A stretch of DNA of 64,000 nucleotides from positions 139,046 to 203,045 of the forward strand of contig JAUXUQ010000001.1 in assembly GCA_030680605.1 (NCBI GenBank). Reading direction: 5' to 3'. The translations under genes were made by a program, and so were the position numbers. Below the pieces are notes generated by a model. That model searched no databases. It was not told where the DNA came from and saw only the letters and a program-made list of their open reading frames with translations. The stretch comes from Gammaproteobacteria bacterium. GTDB lineage: Bacteria > Pseudomonadota > Gammaproteobacteria > SURF-13. This document shows, in pieces, positions 60,790-64,000 of this stretch (the stretch's first letter is position 1; each line of letters begins with the position of its first letter).

Positions 60790-61409
60790 GGATGCGCCTC
60801 ATGCTCGCGGTCGCCGTGCAACACCTCAACCATCTTGATAGCCTGTTGCTCCATCGCTACCACCAGTTCGTCAATGCGTCCGCGAAAGTAACGGTAAAAC
60901 ATCAGGCTGGGGATACCTACGCACAGGCCAGCCGCCGTGGTAATCAGTGCCTTGGCGATGCCGCCTGCCATTTCCGAGGGATTGCCGACACCATGCACGT
61001 TGATGGAGTTAAATACCTCTATCATTCCGAAAACCGTACCCAGCAGACCCAGCAGTGGCGTCACGGATGCGATAGTGCCAAGCGCATTCAGAAAGCGCTC
61101 CATCTCATGCACCACATGCCGCCCGGTTTCCTCGATACTCTCGCGCATGACCTCACGACTGTGATGCAGATTGACCAGGCCAGCAGCCAATATGCAACCC
61201 AGCGGAGAACTCTTGCGCAGATTGTCGATCTGGGCGGCATTGATCTGGTTGCTTTTGGCCCAATGCCAGATTTGCCCCAGCAGGTAATGCGGTGCGACAT
61301 GCCTGGTCTGCAGAGCCCAGAAACGTTCAAGGATGATGGCGGTGGCGGCGGCAGAGCACAACAATATCGGCCACATCAGCCAGCCGCCTGCCTTGATAAT
61401 TTCTAGCAC
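60786..61409 (-). CDS. exbB: MotA/TolQ/ExbB proton-channel family protein
   Basis: 207 aa. The LGLLGTVFGMI and ITTAAGL motifs are typical of ExbB/TolQ. ATGA overlap with exbD. Confidence 0.85.
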   Translation of the reverse strand: MLEIIKAGGWLMWPILLCSAAATAIILERFWALQTRHVAPHYLLGQIWHWAKSNQINAAQIDNLRKSSPLGCILAAGLVNLHHSREVMRESIEETGRHVVHEMERFLNALGTIASVTPLLGLLGTVFGMIEVFNSINVHGVGNPSEMAGGIAKALITTAAGLCVGIPSLMFYRYFRGRIDELVVAMEQQAIKMVEVLHGDREHEAHP

Positions 61410-61472
61410 GTTCGTCTACCTGCCATTAACCCAGCCTGTGTCACGCTGCCCGCCCCTCCCCGTTCAGCATGA

Positions 61473-62162
61473 TTACTGTACCACATCCTGCAATACACCA
61501 TCGCTGAGGGTAAGCACCCGCTGCATGCGGGCAGCCAGTGCCGGATCATGCGTCACCACTACCAGACTGGTGTGCAATGCTGCATTGATCTCCAGCATCA
61601 GTTCGTACACTTGCCCGGCATTGCGCCGGTCAAGGTTTCCTGTGGGCTCATCCGCCAGCACGCATTGTGGCGAGGTTACCAGTGCACGCGCCACAGCCGC
61701 CCGCTGGCGTTCGCCACCGGACAGCTCGCCTGGCCGGTGCTCAAGGCGTGTCACCAATCCGACCTTTTCCAGCAGTACTCGCGCCTTTGCTTCCGCCTCA
61801 TGTGGCGCGAGTCCACGAATCAATAGCGGCATACTCACATTTTCCAGCGCAGTAAATTCAGGCAACAGGTGATGGAACTGGTACACAAAGCCCAGCGCGC
61901 GATTACGCAACCGTCCACGCTCGGCATCGCTGGAGGTTGCCATGCTGCGCCCTTGCACCCACACCTCCCCGGCTGTGGGAACATCCAGCCCGCCGAGCAG
62001 ATGCAACAGCGTACTCTTGCCAGAACCCGATGCACCGATGATGGCCACACTCTCGCCAGCAGCGATGGAGAGGTCCACGTTTTTCAATACCTCCGCGTAC
62101 AAGCCGCCTTCGCTAAACGTCTTCGTCAGCCCCCGACACTCCAACACCGGCGTACTATTCAT
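61473..62162 (-). CDS. lolD: lipoprotein-releasing ABC transporter ATP-binding protein LolD
   Basis: 229 aa from the [12 protein letters not shown] start. [34 protein letters not shown]. Confidence 0.9.
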   Translation of the reverse strand: MNSTPVLECRGLTKTFSEGGLYAEVLKNVDLSIAAGESVAIIGASGSGKSTLLHLLGGLDVPTAGEVWVQGRSMATSSDAERGRLRNRALGFVYQFHHLLPEFTALENVSMPLLIRGLAPHEAEAKARVLLEKVGLVTRLEHRPGELSGGERQRAAVARALVTSPQCVLADEPTGNLDRRNAGQVYELMLEINAALHTSLVVVTHDPALAARMQRVLTLSDGVLQDVVQ

Positions 62163-63402
62163 AGCGCAGGGCTTCCGCTGGCTGGCAGCGGGCGGCCCGC
62201 CACGCCGGATAGAGTGTGGCAAGCAGGCTCAGCACGAAGGCTACCGCACTGATGCTGATGACATCGCTCCAGTGCATGTCGGATGGTACCTCGCTGATCA
62301 GATACACCTCCGCCGACAGAAATTGCACACCGAAGGTATGCTCGATCCACGGCACCAGGGTCTCGACATTGAGCGCCAGCACCACTCCGCTTACTGCGCC
62401 CAGCAGGGTGCCCATAATACCTATCACCAGCCCCTGTACCGTGAAAATGGCAAGTATGCTCGCCGGTGTGGCGCCGAGTGTACGCAGAATCGCAATATCA
62501 GCCTGCTTGTCAGTGACTACCATGACCATGGTAGAAACAATATTGAATGCTGCGACCGCGACAATCAGCGTGAGAATAATAAACATGATGCGTTTTTCCA
62601 GTGCTACCGCCCGGAAAAAACTGACATGCTGACGCGTCCAGTCTGTGCCCATGTACTGCGCCGGCAATATCTGCATGAGGTCACGCACCACTGTCGGCGC
62701 CAAAAACAGGTCATCCAGTTTGAGGCGCACACCTGTTACTTTGCCTTCTATCTGGAACAGGCGCGCAGCATCCTCCATGTGCATCAAGGCCAGGTTACCG
62801 TCATATTCATTGTTGCCGACGTGAAATATGCCTGTTACCGTGAAGCGCTTCAGGCGCGGCAATACACCCACAGGCGTCACCATCGCCTGCGGCGTCACCA
62901 GTGTGACCTTGTCGCCTACCTCCACACCCAGATAACGGGCCAGTGCTTGCCCCAGCACGATATCGAATGACCCCGGCGTAAGATCGGCCAGTTGCCCGGC
63001 CACCATTTTCTGGTCGATGTAGGAGACCTTGGGTTCTTCTTGCGGCAGGATGCCCCGTACCAGCACGCCACTTACCACCTGCGCGTTGGTCAGCATCCCT
63101 TGCGCCTCGATATAGGGTGCCATGCCCTGAATACGCGGATGCTGCAAGACCTGATTTTCCAGCACGCGCCAGTCGCTGAGCGTGCCATCGACACCGGTGA
63201 GTGTTGCATGCGCAGTCATACCCAGAATCCCCTCGCGTATCTCACGCTGGAAGCCATTCATGACCGAAAGCACGGTGATCAGTGCCGCGACGCCCAGCGC
63301 GATACCGAGGATAGAAGTCAGTGAAATAAACGAGATGAAGTGATTACGGCGCTTGGCGCGCGTATAGCGCAGTCCTACGAAGAGTTCCAGCGGCCTGAAC
63401 AT
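62155..63402 (-). CDS. lolC: lipoprotein-releasing ABC transporter permease (LolC/LolE family, single copy)
   Basis: 415 aa. [27 protein letters not shown] start and a FtsX-like C-terminal TM bundle. 8-nt overlap with lolD. Confidence 0.9.
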   Translation of the reverse strand: MFRPLELFVGLRYTRAKRRNHFISFISLTSILGIALGVAALITVLSVMNGFQREIREGILGMTAHATLTGVDGTLSDWRVLENQVLQHPRIQGMAPYIEAQGMLTNAQVVSGVLVRGILPQEEPKVSYIDQKMVAGQLADLTPGSFDIVLGQALARYLGVEVGDKVTLVTPQAMVTPVGVLPRLKRFTVTGIFHVGNNEYDGNLALMHMEDAARLFQIEGKVTGVRLKLDDLFLAPTVVRDLMQILPAQYMGTDWTRQHVSFFRAVALEKRIMFIILTLIVAVAAFNIVSTMVMVVTDKQADIAILRTLGATPASILAIFTVQGLVIGIMGTLLGAVSGVVLALNVETLVPWIEHTFGVQFLSAEVYLISEVPSDMHWSDVISISAVAFVLSLLATLYPAWRAARCQPAEALRYE

Positions 63403-63743
63403 GAGTCCACATTAAAACATATTCATAAAAAAAATGCGCCTCAGCGGGTGCCGAGACAGGCTACCCCTGCTGTTTGAGCCCCGCAATAAAACTGGGAGCG
63501 CCCAGTCTGTACTATCTGAAACAACCCTGGAAAATCCAGCCATGTATCGGGTAATCAGAAACTGTCGCTCAGCGTGAAGATACGCTGGGTCACCGGGAAA
63601 AGAACCGTTGTATATCTCAGTGCAAGTAGTGCACGCTAAATGAGACAATGGATTGGCAACGAGGCGGGGCCTCATAAAAATTTTTATAATAATAAAAAAC
63701 ACAATTATTAACAATAAGATATAAAACAATACTAAAGTTAAAT

Positions 63744-64000
63744 ATGCAATATAAAACCCATCCAAACACCCACCTGCCCCCCGAATGGTCACCGCAACAG
63801 GCGATCATGCTCACCTGGCCGCATGTCCACAGCGACTGGCGTCCGTGGCTTAGGCAAGTCGAGCCGGTGTTTATTGCCATTGCACACGCTGCGGCTGAAC
63901 ACGAGCACCTCATCATCAGCGCGTACGATGCCGGGCATCGCACACACATACAAACACTGCTGCACCAGGCCGGCATCGACCCTGGCCGCGTCGGCCTGTA
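63744..64000 (+). CDS. agmatine deiminase / peptidyl-arginine deiminase family protein, N-terminal part (3' end outside window)
   Basis: Open frame from ATG 63744 to the window end. LPPEWSPQQAIMLTWPHVHSDWRPWL...VEPVFIAIAHA matches the N-terminus of the agmatine deiminase family. Confidence 0.7.
   Translation, partial: MQYKTHPNTHLPPEWSPQQAIMLTWPHVHSDWRPWLRQVEPVFIAIAHAAAEHEHLIISAYDAGHRTHIQTLLHQAGIDPGRVGL

Noticed and set aside
61942-62970. 342-aa ORF on the plus strand
   Set aside because: It is antisense to lolD and lolC/E, whose translations have unmistakable ABC motifs. Its Arg/His/Cys-rich composition is typical of a shadow ORF.
63412-63976. 126-aa and 119-aa minus-strand ORFs
   Set aside because: The first is driven by the A/T-rich intergenic tract (an Ile/Phe/Leu/Lys string). 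The second is antisense to the agmatine-deiminase-family N-terminus, which matches a known family.
1-64000. CRISPR arrays, rRNA genes, IS elements, reverse transcriptase/retron or DGR signatures
   Set aside because: No regularly spaced repeats, rRNA-like sequence, transposase or RT-like translation was seen on either strand. The only tandem repeats are short in-gene ones (22481-22525, 19663-19752, 50496-50525).

Overview
GC-rich proteobacterial chromosome segment (gammaproteobacterial-type synteny), densely coded and mostly housekeeping. All family calls are from reading the translations; no searches were run.

Gene order, left to right:
- NADH:quinone oxidoreductase operon nuoC (5' truncated by the window edge) through nuoN, plus a coupled DUF2818-like membrane ORF.
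- efp on the minus strand.
- uvrC-pgsA-tRNA-Gly(GCC)-tRNA-Cys(GCA)-tRNA-Leu(TAA), the same order as E. coli uvrC-pgsA-glyW-cysT-leuZ.
- A globin-coupled PAS-GGDEF-EAL signalling protein.
- A looser, accessory-looking stretch (20.3-27 kb): membrane ORF, class I aldolase, Met-rich periplasmic protein, DUF4404-like ORF, decayed DUF389-like pseudogene, srkA, an AT-rich orphan gene and a solitary cusF.
- The conserved minus-strand block ycfH(tatD)-pilZ-holB-tmk-mltG-pabC-pabB-fabF-acpP-fabG-fabD-fabH-plsX-rpmF-yceD, then maf, and sppA-HAD-rluC divergent from rne.
- A fructosamine-kinase-like gene and a low-molecular-weight phosphatase (LMW-PTP) gene.
- After the island: kdsB-ycaR-lpxK-msbA-exbD-exbB, lolD-lolC/E, and the start of an agmatine-deiminase-family gene.

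The one clearly mobile region is a 9.5-kb integrative element (46784-56295).
- It is bounded by a perfect 25-bp direct repeat and sits inside the 5' end of the LMW-PTP gene, so it splits an otherwise conserved kdsB-ptp neighbourhood.
- All of its genes are on the + strand: P4-type integrase, three unknown ORFs, an excisionase-like HTH, a Cys4 zinc-ribbon ORF, a replication-organizer-like ORF, and another unknown.
- The only structural genes are one capsid-like ORF and one intact 807-aa tape measure protein. No terminase, portal, protease, tail tube or lysis genes were recognised.
- It is either a heavily reduced prophage or an undescribed type of phage satellite, and it is the best candidate for new biology here.

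No CRISPR array, rRNA or transposase was seen.
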